DNA of 63,751 nucleotides, counting the filler, from Octopus bimaculoides (Eukaryota): assembly GCF_001194135.2 (NCBI RefSeq). It is 8 parts of 7 records of this genome, joined end to end, with 100 filler letters (N's around TTAATTAATTAA, not from the genome) between each part and the next. Parts side by side here need not be neighbours in the genome. Positions count along the whole stretch, not along the records: positions 49,778 to 55,278 come from NC_069007.1; positions 55,379 to 59,735 come from NW_026358356.1; positions 59,836 to 63,751 come from NC_068988.1; 5 more parts are not named here. One strand, written 5' to 3'. Shown one piece after another: positions 52,911 to 63,751 of this stretch. Below the pieces are notes generated by a model. The model was not told the DNA's origin and ran no database searches. It saw nothing but the letters and a program-made list of their open reading frames with translations. The position numbers and the translations under genes were made by a program. The stretch's first letter is position 1. Each line of letters starts with the position of its first letter.

Positions 52911-54867
52911 CTTCACTATAAATAAACATCTAACACAGTGTTAATGGCTGCAAGCTCTGTTGTTTGTTAATGTTGCTGTGGAGATTGTCTCTGGATGAAA
53001 AGCTGGGTTAATTAGGATACAAAACGAAGAACAGTTGATTTATTGTGACATTTTATCCCTTCTTAGAGTCTCTTCAGGTTTTCACAGAACCAGGCATAAG
53101 GAGAAGGTGGAGAGAGAGAGAGAGAAACAAAGAGAGAGGGGGGAGGGAGAAAGAGAGACTAAGACATAAAGAAAGAGAGAAGCAGAGATGAAGTGACAGG
53201 AAGAGAGAAATAGACAGAGACAGGCAGAGAGACAGAGAGAGACAGAGTGAAGCAATCAGATAAAGAGAGAGAGAGAGAAGTAGAAAGAGAGACTGACAGA
53301 GAGACAGACAGACAGGCTTATCAACACATGTTGTTTACATTGAATCAACACTGTCACACACAGCAGCTAGCTTCCGTGTCATGTGATCATGATCTCATTA
53401 ACTTGGCATTCAACACAGTTGATTTTGATGAAGAAAATTATAATTAATTAATTAGCAGTAAAGGAATATACAGGAGAAAAATAAAATCTTTTCCACATCA
53501 GGTTAACTTGTTTGAATTACTGTTAGGGGGAAAAAAAAAAAAAAAAAAAAAAAACAGAGGTTCAGAGGGGGAGGAGGGTGTGGGTGTGTGTGTATGTTTG
53601 GCCAGGCATGATCTTTCTTTCTTGGCTATATATATGTATATATATATATATATATATACGATGGGCTTCTTTCAGTTTCCATGTACCAAATCCACTCCCA
53701 AGGCTTTGGTCGGCCCAAGGCTGTAGGAGAAGACACTTGCCCAAGGTGCTACACAATGGGACTGAATCCAGAACCATGTGGTTAGTAAGCNNNNNNNNNN
53801 NNNNNNNNNNNNNNNNNNNNNNNNNNNNNNNNNNNNNNNNNNNNNNNNNNNNNNNNNNNNNNNNNNNNNNNNNNNNNNNNNNNNNNNNNNNNNNNNNNNN
53901 NNNNNNNNNNNNNNNNNNNNNNNNNNNNNNNNNNNNNNNNNNNNNNNNNNNNNNNNNNNNNNNNNNNNNNNNNNNNNNNNNNNNNNNNNNNNNNNNNNNN
54001 NNNNNNNNNNNNNNNNNNNNNNNNNNNNNNNNNNNNNNNNNNNNNNNNNNNNNNNNNNNNNNNNNNNNNNNNNNNNNNNNNNNNNNNNNNNNNNNNNNNN
54101 NNNNNNNNNNNNNNNNNNNNNNNNNNNNNNNNNNNNNNNNNNNNNNNNNNNNNNNNNNNNNNNNNNNNNNNNNNNNNNNNNNNNNNNNNNNNNNNNNNNN
54201 NNNNNNNNNNNNNNNNNNNNNNNNNNNNNNNNNNNNNNNNNNNNNNNNNNNNNNNNNNNNNNNNNNNNNNNNNNNNNNNNNNNNNNNNNNNNNNNNNNNN
54301 NNNNNNNNNNNNNNNNNNNNNNNNNNNNNNNNNNNNNNNNNNNNNNNNNNNNNNNNNNNNNNNNNNNNNNNNNNNNNAATTACAAAATTAAATTTCATGG
54401 ATTTTCCAGTACCTACCTAAAAATAGAACTGGTGTTTTGTGCAAGTCATGTTGCCTCAAATAAACTTGACATGTCTCAACAGCAAAATAGTTTCAGGTAT
54501 GACATTTCTCAACAAAATATAGATGTGTATTTTTAAAAAAATACCTTCCTTGTTTAACTGTTTTAGCATTTTAAACCAACCAGATCTGCCCCCAAAACTT
54601 CAAAATTTTTTTTATGTACAAACTGATCAGATCCAGCCTCTCACACCTACCCTACAATATCATTCTAAAGATAAACAATTATATCATCAAAATCTTATGT
54701 GACTGTGTGATAAGAAGCTTGCTTCCCAACCACATGGTTCCCAGTTCAGTCCCACTGTATGGCCTGTTGGGCAAATGTCTTCTATTATAGCCTCGGGCCA
54801 ACCAAAGCCGTGCGAGTGGATTTGGTAGATGGAAACTGAGAGAAGCCCATTGTGAGCATGTGTGTGT

Positions 54868-54902
<35 letters not shown>

Positions 54903-55125
54903 CACGTCTTTGTTCTGTGTCTGTCCATTGATCAGATCAACTTGTGCCCTCATCGTTGTAACCAATGTAGTGCCATGTCTTATATATATATATATATATA
55001 TATATAAGGTTTTTAAACTTTTAAATTTTCATATTCAAAAGAGACAGAGACTTCAAATTCGATATATCGATTTATTCACCACTCTATGTTAACATTTCTA
55101 AATTTGAATAATAATATAAATGGCA

Positions 55126-55167
<42 letters not shown>

Positions 55168-55539
55168 GTGAGAATGATAACAATGATGGTAATAATAATA
55201 ATAATAATGATAATAATGGTGATAATGATAGTAGTAGTAATAATAATAATAATAATAATAATAATGGAGGTTCATTTANNNNNNNNNNNNNNNNNNNNNN
55301 NNNNNNNNNNNNNNNNNNNNNNTTAATTAATTAANNNNNNNNNNNNNNNNNNNNNNNNNNNNNNNNNNNNNNNNNNNNTATATATATATATATATATAAG
55401 TATATATGCTTGCACAAACTCACACACATTTACAATCATTTATAATCATTTATAAGAGAGAAAAATTAATAGAGAAAAATGAAAAATTGAAAAGCGTTCC
55501 GATTTTGGGTGAAAGCTTTCGGAGCTTCTTTATATTTAC

Positions 55540-55668
55540 CCAAATGAGTATACCAAGCACGGCTTGGTGGGATAATATCCGTCATCCAAACAAATATTCC
55601 ATCCTCCATCTCCAAGAGAACCAACACGCACTATCCTGTTACACTTCACCTGAACTTGGTTCATAAAT
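55540..55668 (-). CDS. METTL24: METTL24-like methyltransferase (Methyltransf_22 family), internal exon
   Basis: Minus strand: TTATTGCAG| acceptor, FMNQVQVKCNRIVRVGSLGDGGWNICLDDGYYPTKPCLVYSF + GG|GTAAAT donor; phase 2 to 2. The G-x-x-x-DGGW-x-x-C...C-x-VYSFG pattern is recognised as METTL24 family. Confidence 0.85.
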
Positions 55669-58308
55669 CTGCAATAATATTCAACAAATGAATTATTGAT
55701 TTTTATTTCTTTACATAGACACAAGGACTTGACGATTATAAGAGGCTGACAAGAAAAATGAAGTGAAGCAACTACAACTGGGAATGAAATGGTGCATTAT
55801 TTACTTCACTCTATGAGAGGTTGTTGCTTCTACTCTACAACATCAGACTGACAGAGAACCACAGGGGAAACTATATGTGACATTTCATAGTAGACCATTG
55901 AATTTGTTCTGGCCACTGTGTTTTTACATTAAATCACACCAAAATCAATTTTGCTTTCCATTTTTTTAAAAGTTGATAAAATATAGCATCATTCCTCTAC
56001 AACAGACTGGAAGAATTTCAAAGCGTTAGATGAGATGCTTTGTGAGATTTATTAATGCTCTTTGCATTCTGAGTTCTTAGATGAACTGGTTTAACACCAC
56101 CATCATCTGGTTCTGGGATTCCTTAAATGGAGTTTACTCTGTTACAAGCATATTTTCCAGGTTTCCAATTTAAGAAAATTTACCGTTATTCTTGCTAGCT
56201 TAAGTTGGAAGGTTTGACAGGTTCCAACAGATTCAAAGACTGTATCGTGCTCGAATGTCTGCCTTGGCATCGTGCTCCAATGTCTGCTTTGGCATCGTGC
56301 TCCAATGTCGGCCTTGGGTTGTACAGTTACATGCCCATCCTAATGCCAAAGAACAAAAAAAAAGGTAAAAACAAAAAAAGGGTTTACTTTGTAGAGCTGA
56401 ATCGTAGAGATTGTTTTAAATTCAGGTTTCTTTCACGAATATTGGACGAAGTAGACAAAGTGAAACAGCTCCATTTAAGATTGTATTTAGTGTCTTGAAC
56501 TTTATTTCATCTTCATAGAACTTAGCATAATTCAAGTTGACAAGTTTCAAATACACAAACTCGCATCTAGCTTTAGAAATATTAAATTATGTTACTAATT
56601 CGTATGAATATTGGGTAGTTCTGCATGGGCTGAGTTTGAAACCCAGTTTAACACCACCACCTTCTTGGTTTTCTTTAGCGGAGTTCAGTCTGTTGTATAT
56701 TTTTAGTCCAGATGTACCAGATTTTCCTTATACCAGGTTGGTCCTAATCGAACAGATCTACAAAAGGTATTCAGGCTACAACTGTCTTATCCTTTTCACT
56801 TTCTTTTCGGTTTCAGTGAAGGTCTGTACTCTGTGATAGCAAATTATATTCACGGTTGTACGATCGTGGTTTTGATTCACACACCTGGTTGTGCGTTGTG
56901 TTCTTTTGCAAAACACTTCATTCTCGTTCTTCCAGTTCACTCAGTAATAACTAATTTCCAGTAATATGTGGGAAATTAAACCTGCAATAGGCTGACATCT
57001 CATTCAGAGGTGGAGGTGTTGTAATTTCCATCAATTATACACAATTGAAAACAGCTTAAGATCTGGCTTTATAACTCCTAGAACTCATGACTGGCCTAAG
57101 CAACAGAAAATTTCAGAGAAGATTATCCAATGCATCTTTTGCCTTTGGAAAGACGGAGGTGTTTTAGCGGGAAAATTTGGCTGTTATATCCAGCAAGTCA
57201 AATGATCGCGTGGATGTGACTTCATTGGGTTGTCAGAATTGTTGTTTACGCTCTTGAGAAGCCCCGGCTAACTCTTTAGATCTATGGACTGGAGGTAACC
57301 AATAAATAGCTAAAGAGTGAAAACACTACAACCAAACATCCAAGACACACACTTCGTTTTCTATAGTAGCGAAATATACATTATCATCTGCTAGGTTTCA
57401 CTTGCTTTGACGAGGAAGCTTCTATATAATAACTTGACTTAATAAATGAAACAGGAAAATTCTTCTTCTACACACAGTTTCTTAACGTGAGAACCCCAAG
57501 CTTCAAGTCTTAATTTTAAGAAAACCATACCCTCAGTTATCATTTTCGGTTTAATGTCCACTATTTTATGCTCCCGTGGATCAGGCGAATGATTGAGTTT
57601 GATATTCTTTGGCTGGATGCCTTTCCTTACGCCAACCTTTACCTATATCCAAATAAGATAGTATTACTCATCACATGATATGTTTACAAAGGAGATTAGA
57701 AACAAGGAGATTGTATGCACGATGGTGGTATTTGTTTACATCTATTGCAAGATGTCAAAGCAAGAAAACAGTGAGACACACATATATTCCAATTCCCATC
57801 TATCATGTCCATTCTGCAATGATTTGGTTGCTCTACAGCTATAGTAGAAGACACTGGCTGATGTTGCCACATAATGGAACTGAACCCTGAACATGTGGCT
57901 ACACCTTAAGATGCCATGGAAAAAAATGACAATTAAATACTGGGTTAATAACAAAGATAGGGATTAGGACACAAAGAAGAAAATTTGCACGAGTATAGAG
58001 TGCATAGGTTAAAAGTAAGAAAATCCAACGACGCCTTAGAAGAGGAAAACTTCAACGAGAAATCTATGAAAGTTTAAATTTGAGAAAATGTATTAAAACT
58101 TTACCAGCAGGAAAACAAAAGGCAGCCTTAGAAAGTAACAGCTACAAATTATTTAGATTAGTGTAAGAAAAAACAAATAGATAAGAGAACAGTCTTATCG
58201 TGTTCATGTTAAAACACATGGAAATCAGCTAAATAACATAGAAAGATTTTTTATACAATAGTTAACACACAACAGCATATAATAGATAGAAGAATGAAAG
58301 AATATTAC

Positions 58309-58373
58309 GCATGGTATAAATCTTCAAGTTCTGTATCTGATTTTTTGTTCAACTCTCCTGGGGATGGTATATC
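58309..58373 (-). CDS. METTL24: METTL24-like methyltransferase, internal exon (upstream)
   Basis: Minus strand: TTTGTTTAG| acceptor, DIPSPGELNKKSDTELEDLYH + GC|GTAATA donor; phase 0 to 2. Splices in frame to 55668 to give ...LEDLYHAFMNQVQVKC... Confidence 0.75.
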
Positions 58374-58634
58374 CTAAACAAAGTATGAAAGATAAATATT
58401 AATAGAAGAATGTTTAAAGTCTTCTCAGTGTACAGTAGTTGGAATTTCATTAGGTTTTACGTCACATGAAGGCAATTACATCTTCAAAGTACAAAAGCAA
58501 AAAAATCATAATTATATAACTCTGTGTGTGTTTGTGTGTATGAGTGAGTGTCTGTATATATACATTCATATGCATATATATACGTATATAGAGAGAGATA
58601 GAGAGATATTTATGTATATATACTTTCATATGCG

Positions 58635-58665
<31 letters not shown>

Positions 58666-60616
58666 ATTAAAAATATTAAAGATTAAAATATAATAAAGAT
58701 TAAAAGATAAACATGAATTCTACTTTACGACAGTTAGAAACATACAGATTCTATGTCAAGACAATTAGTTATCTATTTATTAAATTTGCGAAACATTTTT
58801 AGAAGAATTGTGCTTATTATATAATATATGAAAGCAATTATAATTAACAATTGAAATATGTAAATGCCTTCCTAAATTTATGACATTTCATCATAAAACT
58901 ACCATTATAATTTAATAATATTAATTTCGAAGTAATCATATCAATTTTTTGCAAGGAAAGATCACCTTTCGAATTGCCAATATTATACGATGGTGCGTAA
59001 CTAATAATGGATAACTTTTAATCATACTTTATGTTCCTATCTTTTAAATCTCAAATGCATTTAAGATTTATTGAAGTACCTTCTGTTCTATACCTAATGA
59101 ATGAGAATGATTATGAAAACTAGGTTTCCCAATTGTAGCAGATGAACTTATATTATAATACTTATGATCACCTCTTATTTCCTAACTTTGATACACTATA
59201 TTTTTCGTTAGACATTAATTTTCTAGAGGACAGACAATTTTGATTTTACAGTTACACAAACATGCGTTCACTTGTATTTGTTACTCATAGTTAAAATAAT
59301 TCATACTAGTTCCCTTCACAGAATTAGACAAGATTACTATTTATATTATACTTCATATTAAGACTAGGCGTTAACTTAACAGTATTATCAGAGACAGAAT
59401 TATTTTTACTTATCGTACCGAAATCTAGTTTAGGAAAATTTTCCTTAGACTTAATTTTACAATTCAGACTATCGATTCTACACTTGTTTACAGATTTTGA
59501 GTTTAGATATTATCTAATTATCCGTTTGTTATATATTGCTATAATTTCATCCAAATTTCTAATGGTAGAGTATATATATTCTAATAATCAGGGAAGCCCG
59601 AAATGATGTGCTCAACTGTCTCATTGTGCTGGTTGCATATTCTGAATTTGGTATTAGGGCCTGTTTTCATTAGTTTGTTTTATAATAGATTATTATTATT
59701 ATTAATATTATTATTATTATTATTATTATTATTATNNNNNNNNNNNNNNNNNNNNNNNNNNNNNNNNNNNNNNNNNNNNTTAATTAATTAANNNNNNNNN
59801 NNNNNNNNNNNNNNNNNNNNNNNNNNNNNNNNNNNTTAATTGTTTTCCATTCTTACAGTTGAAAAATTCTCGATGACTGAAACCGGTACTGAAATGTTTT
59901 TTATAAAATTATTTTAGCATTTTCTACCTTTACTTTTTTCCATATATATATATATATATGTATATACATAAGTAGGCAGATAGGTAGGTAAGTAGGTAGG
60001 TAGGTAGGTAGGTAGGTAGGTAGGTAGGTAGGTATGTAGGTGGGTAGGTAGATAGGTAGGTATATGCTTGTATTCTAAAATGTCGGACCCTTTCAAAGAA
60101 ACGCACAGTGTCATTATTTCGTTATTTCAGCTATTCATAATATTTCCAGAATCACAGCGGTGCAGCTGTATAAACTAGTTTTGGCTGACACATGTGAGAG
60201 CAAAACGAATGAGATCATTCGTTATTTGGCAATGTTTTATGTCTTCTTTGCACAATAGCAGTGCTTGCACTAACAATGAAATAACGCTGCACCTAATGCA
60301 TATCGCTTTCCTGAGCACAGATCACTAAGTCTATAAGTAGAAATGGGATGGTTTTGAATTAAGTTCATTCGTGAAAATTTATATTTCTGCTTATCTACAC
60401 AGACGCCCTGCCGTCACTTACTGGGTGTCCTAAGATATGTACACAATTAGAAGTTTGCTTCCCAACCACATGGCTCCAGGTTCAGTCCCACAGCGTGGCA
60501 CCATGAGCATGTCTTCTGTTATAGTTTTGGGCCGACCAAAGACTTATGAATGGGTTTCGTAGACGGAAACTGAAAGAATCCCGTCGTATGCATATATGTG
60601 TACGTATGTATATAAA

Positions 60617-60679
<63 letters not shown>

Positions 60680-60759
60680 NNNNNNNNNNNNNNNNNNNNN
60701 NNNNNNNNNNNNNNNNNNNNNNNNNNNNNNNNNNNNNNNNNNNNNNNNNNTATAGTGAA

Positions 60760-61092
60760 GGTGCATAGCTCAGTGGTTAGAGCGTCGAGCTTACGATCGT
60801 GAGGTTGTGAGTTCGAATTCCGGACTGGGCTGCGTGTTGTGTTCTTGAGCAAGACACTTTATTTCACGCTGCTCCAGTTCACTCAGCTGTAGAAATGAGT
60901 TGCTACCCCAGAGGTGCCAAGCTGTTTCGCCCCCTTTGCCTTTCCCTTGGATAACACTGGTGGCGTGGAGAGGGGAGGTCGGTATGCATGGGCGACTGCT
61001 GCTCTTCCATAAACAACCTTGCCCGACTTTGTGCCTGGGAGGGTAATTTTCTAGGTGCAATCCCATGGTCAGTCATGACCGAAGGGGGTCTT
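60760..61092 (+). mobile_element. tRNA-derived SINE, family D
   Basis: TAGCTCAGTGG A box, GTTCGAATT B box, central GTGTTCTTGAGCAAGACACTTTATTTCACG.TGCTCCAGTTCACTCAGCTG domain. Related heads at 34755-34980(-) and 15560-15708(-). Confidence 0.8.
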
Positions 61093-61647
61093 AGCACCTA
61101 TATATATCATATATATATAGACTATGGTTAGTCTATGTATATAGACTATAGTTAGTCTATGTATATAGACTATCGTTAAGCTCCAGGTTCGATAATGATA
61201 CGAATGAGGAGTCTAACGTAGGTCGTGTATTAGCATGCATATATATAAAAATTTACAGGATGAGATAAAAATCCAAGGTTGTGAATAGTTTTCAGAACAT
61301 TTATAAAGAGAAGGTCTTAGGATATTTTATATATCCCTTCATCAGAGACGGTGCGAGAAAATGTTTAAGTAATAGTTATCATAGAGAAGATGTGAAATAC
61401 AGAGTGAAGTTTTGGAATGAAAACAGACGTGAGATACCTAAGGAAATTGTATTTGCAGTTCCATTATTTAAGCTGAATGGTGTATATGTAAGTTTCCTGT
61501 ACCTTGTGTGTGAGTTCCAGTGGTGTTTATAATTGGTCATTCCAAGCATAGAGTCTTGTAAACGGTGTTATTCGATCGAGGGTTTTATATATGCATATAT
61601 ACGTATATGTTGTATGTATATGCATATATATATATATACATATGCTG

Positions 61648-61681
<34 letters not shown>

Positions 61682-61892
61682 AGCAATGTTAAATCTCTGA
61701 ACGAGGTATTAACAGTAACTGCACGACAAGGTGAAGTATATTTGCCACTTAAATGTGGCTGACCCCTAAGGGTGGATGTTACTGTTGCTTTTAGCCCCAG
61801 GAGATCATCTCCTCCAGCTGGCTACTGACAGACATCTGTGTCCTGTCTGTATTTGCAAAGGGAAGTCATCCTTCCCATCTTGATCTGCGATA

Positions 61893-61937
61893 CGTACGGA
61901 CTCGAGTTTCTGGGTATTTACCCGTCCTCAGCGTACG
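61893..61937 (-). ncRNA. Type I hammerhead ribozyme motif with palindromic stem III
   Basis: Minus strand reads CGTACG-CTGAGGA-CGGGTA-AA-TACCCA-GAA-ACTCGAGT-C-CGTACG. Core intact, 6-bp stem I, stem II with a basal C-A mismatch, GUC cleavage site. Confidence 0.8.
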
Positions 61938-63704
61938 ACAATCGCCGACCTTCGATGCGAAAGATATCCCGACGCAATATATGTGTGTATGAATATATCT
62001 GAGTCTGTATGTGTGTGCGTATGTGTGCCTGCGTGTGTGTGTGTGTGTGTGTGTGTGGGGCATGTATGTCTTTGTGTCCGTGTTGGTGTCAAAGCACGCA
62101 GTAAAACCACGGGGAGTAAGTGATCCCTAGCGGTTATCACTCCATCCTTTCAGGAGAGGGTCACTCTGATGTAAAACTTGCGGTCTCATATGAATATTGG
62201 TCATTTCGTTTCGGCTTGACACCAGGTACTAATCACGGAGACTCAGGGAGCGGCACTCGTGTTGTAATCCAATGGTCTTTATGCTGACCTCATTTGCCAT
62301 TCCATCTAGCGAAAATATTATGGCGATGGAAGAGAAGACTCATTTTGAGCAGTTTGGGACGAACTATTTTCGATATCAATAAACAGTTGCATATAATTGT
62401 ATAATTATCTGCGATTTGGATAAGCTGCTTCTTACAATATATACATATATGTGTATCTGTCTGTCTGCTTTGCCTTGTTCGCGTATATGAATATCTATGT
62501 GAGCGTGTATAATTATATGTATGTGTGTGTTTGTGTGCGGATAGGAACACCACCTCTCCTCACACACACACACACGTTCATTGTCTCCCTATCCGGCAAC
62601 GTATGTATCTCGTTAGGCCTTGCTACACCTGTCCGATTGAGACCCCTTCTTCGCAGTTTTTTGACATGATCTGCTGTTTACTTACATGCTAATTTCTGGT
62701 CTGTCTAACTAACCGATGACGTGTTTACATAACCGCCCCCTCCTACACCACGAACCCCACCCCACCATTCCTTCCTTCTTTCCTATCAACCACCCCAACC
62801 TCTGCACCCTATACACCCCATCAGCTATCTTATCCCGTCCCAGCCATTCTTCTTGCATCCTCTCTCGTTCCACCTACCCGTGTGTCGTTCCATCAAACTC
62901 TAATCACATTTTTATGTGTATATACACACACACAAATACATATATATGTATATCACATGTACATATATGTGTGTATATATGTATATATAGTTATATGTAT
63001 TTATCTATTTATCTATCAATCAATACATATATACACCTATATACATATATATATATATGCATTCACATACACATATATAGTATATATATGTGTGCATATA
63101 TATGACTACGTATATATATTTATACGCATCAGTGTATATACTTATCTATCTATATCTCTCTGTATATATATATGTGTGCATATATATATGTATGTGTGTA
63201 TATATATATNNNNNNNNNNNNNNNNNNNNNNNNNNNNNNNNNNNNNNNNNNNNNNNNNNNNNNNNNNNNNNNNNNNNNNNNNNNNNNNNNNNNNNNNNNN
63301 NNNNNNNNNNNNNNNNNNNNNNNNNNNNNNNNNNNNNNNNNNNNNNNNNNNNNNNNNNNNNNNNNNNNNNNNNNNNNNNNNNNNNNNNNNNNNNNNNNNN
63401 NNNNNNNNNNNNGGAGAAAAAAATTGAATAGTGTTCAGTCAACGGTCATATATATATATATACTTATAATATACACACACACACATATATTTACATCCAT
63501 AGACATGTGAATCAGCATATATACATCCTACATCATATATATGTAGTGGAGCAGGAGTGAGTATGTTAAGAGGTTTGCTTCCCAACCACATCGCTCCGGG
63601 TTCAGTCCTACTGTGTGGTACCTTGGGTAAGTGTCTTGCCTCGGGCCGACCAAAGCGCCTTGTGAGTGGATTTGGCAGACGGAAACTGAAAGAAGCCCAT
63701 TGTA

Positions 63705-63742
<38 letters not shown>

Positions 63743-63751
63743 GTATATATA

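Noticed and set aside
60766-60840. tRNA-like sequence with A and B boxes, and similar heads at 10234, 43608 and 50920
   Set aside because: Each continues directly into a SINE body and tail; these are not tRNA genes.

Overview
AT-rich, gap-ridden eukaryotic genomic DNA, dense in microsatellites and tRNA-derived SINEs. The repeat families look like those of an octopus or other coleoid cephalopod (inference from recognised repeats). Almost all supplied ORFs are microsatellite or N-gap artefacts. The real coding signal is split into exons, which I assembled by hand. (1) A plus-strand secreted S1 trypsin-fold serine protease has a TATA box and four phase-compatible exons (8594-17628) carrying the catalytic His and Asp; the Ser exon is not visible. 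(2) Two phase-compatible minus-strand exons (58373-58309, 55668-55540) encode part of a METTL24-like methyltransferase. (3) A probable further gene start with a signal anchor lies at about 31.0-31.5 kb. Mobile DNA includes CR1, RTE and R4/Dong LINE ends, mariner, hAT and piggyBac-type MITE pieces, a foldback element and several modular SINE families. The most interesting non-coding signal is a set of type I hammerhead ribozyme motifs: two near-intact (1715-1761 +, 61893-61937 -), a decayed pair in a ~310-330 bp tandem repeat (retrozyme or Penelope-like layout), and a three-copy family with an atypical core. Seven TTAATTAATTAA linkers inside N runs are assembly artefacts, so long-range order across them is uncertain.
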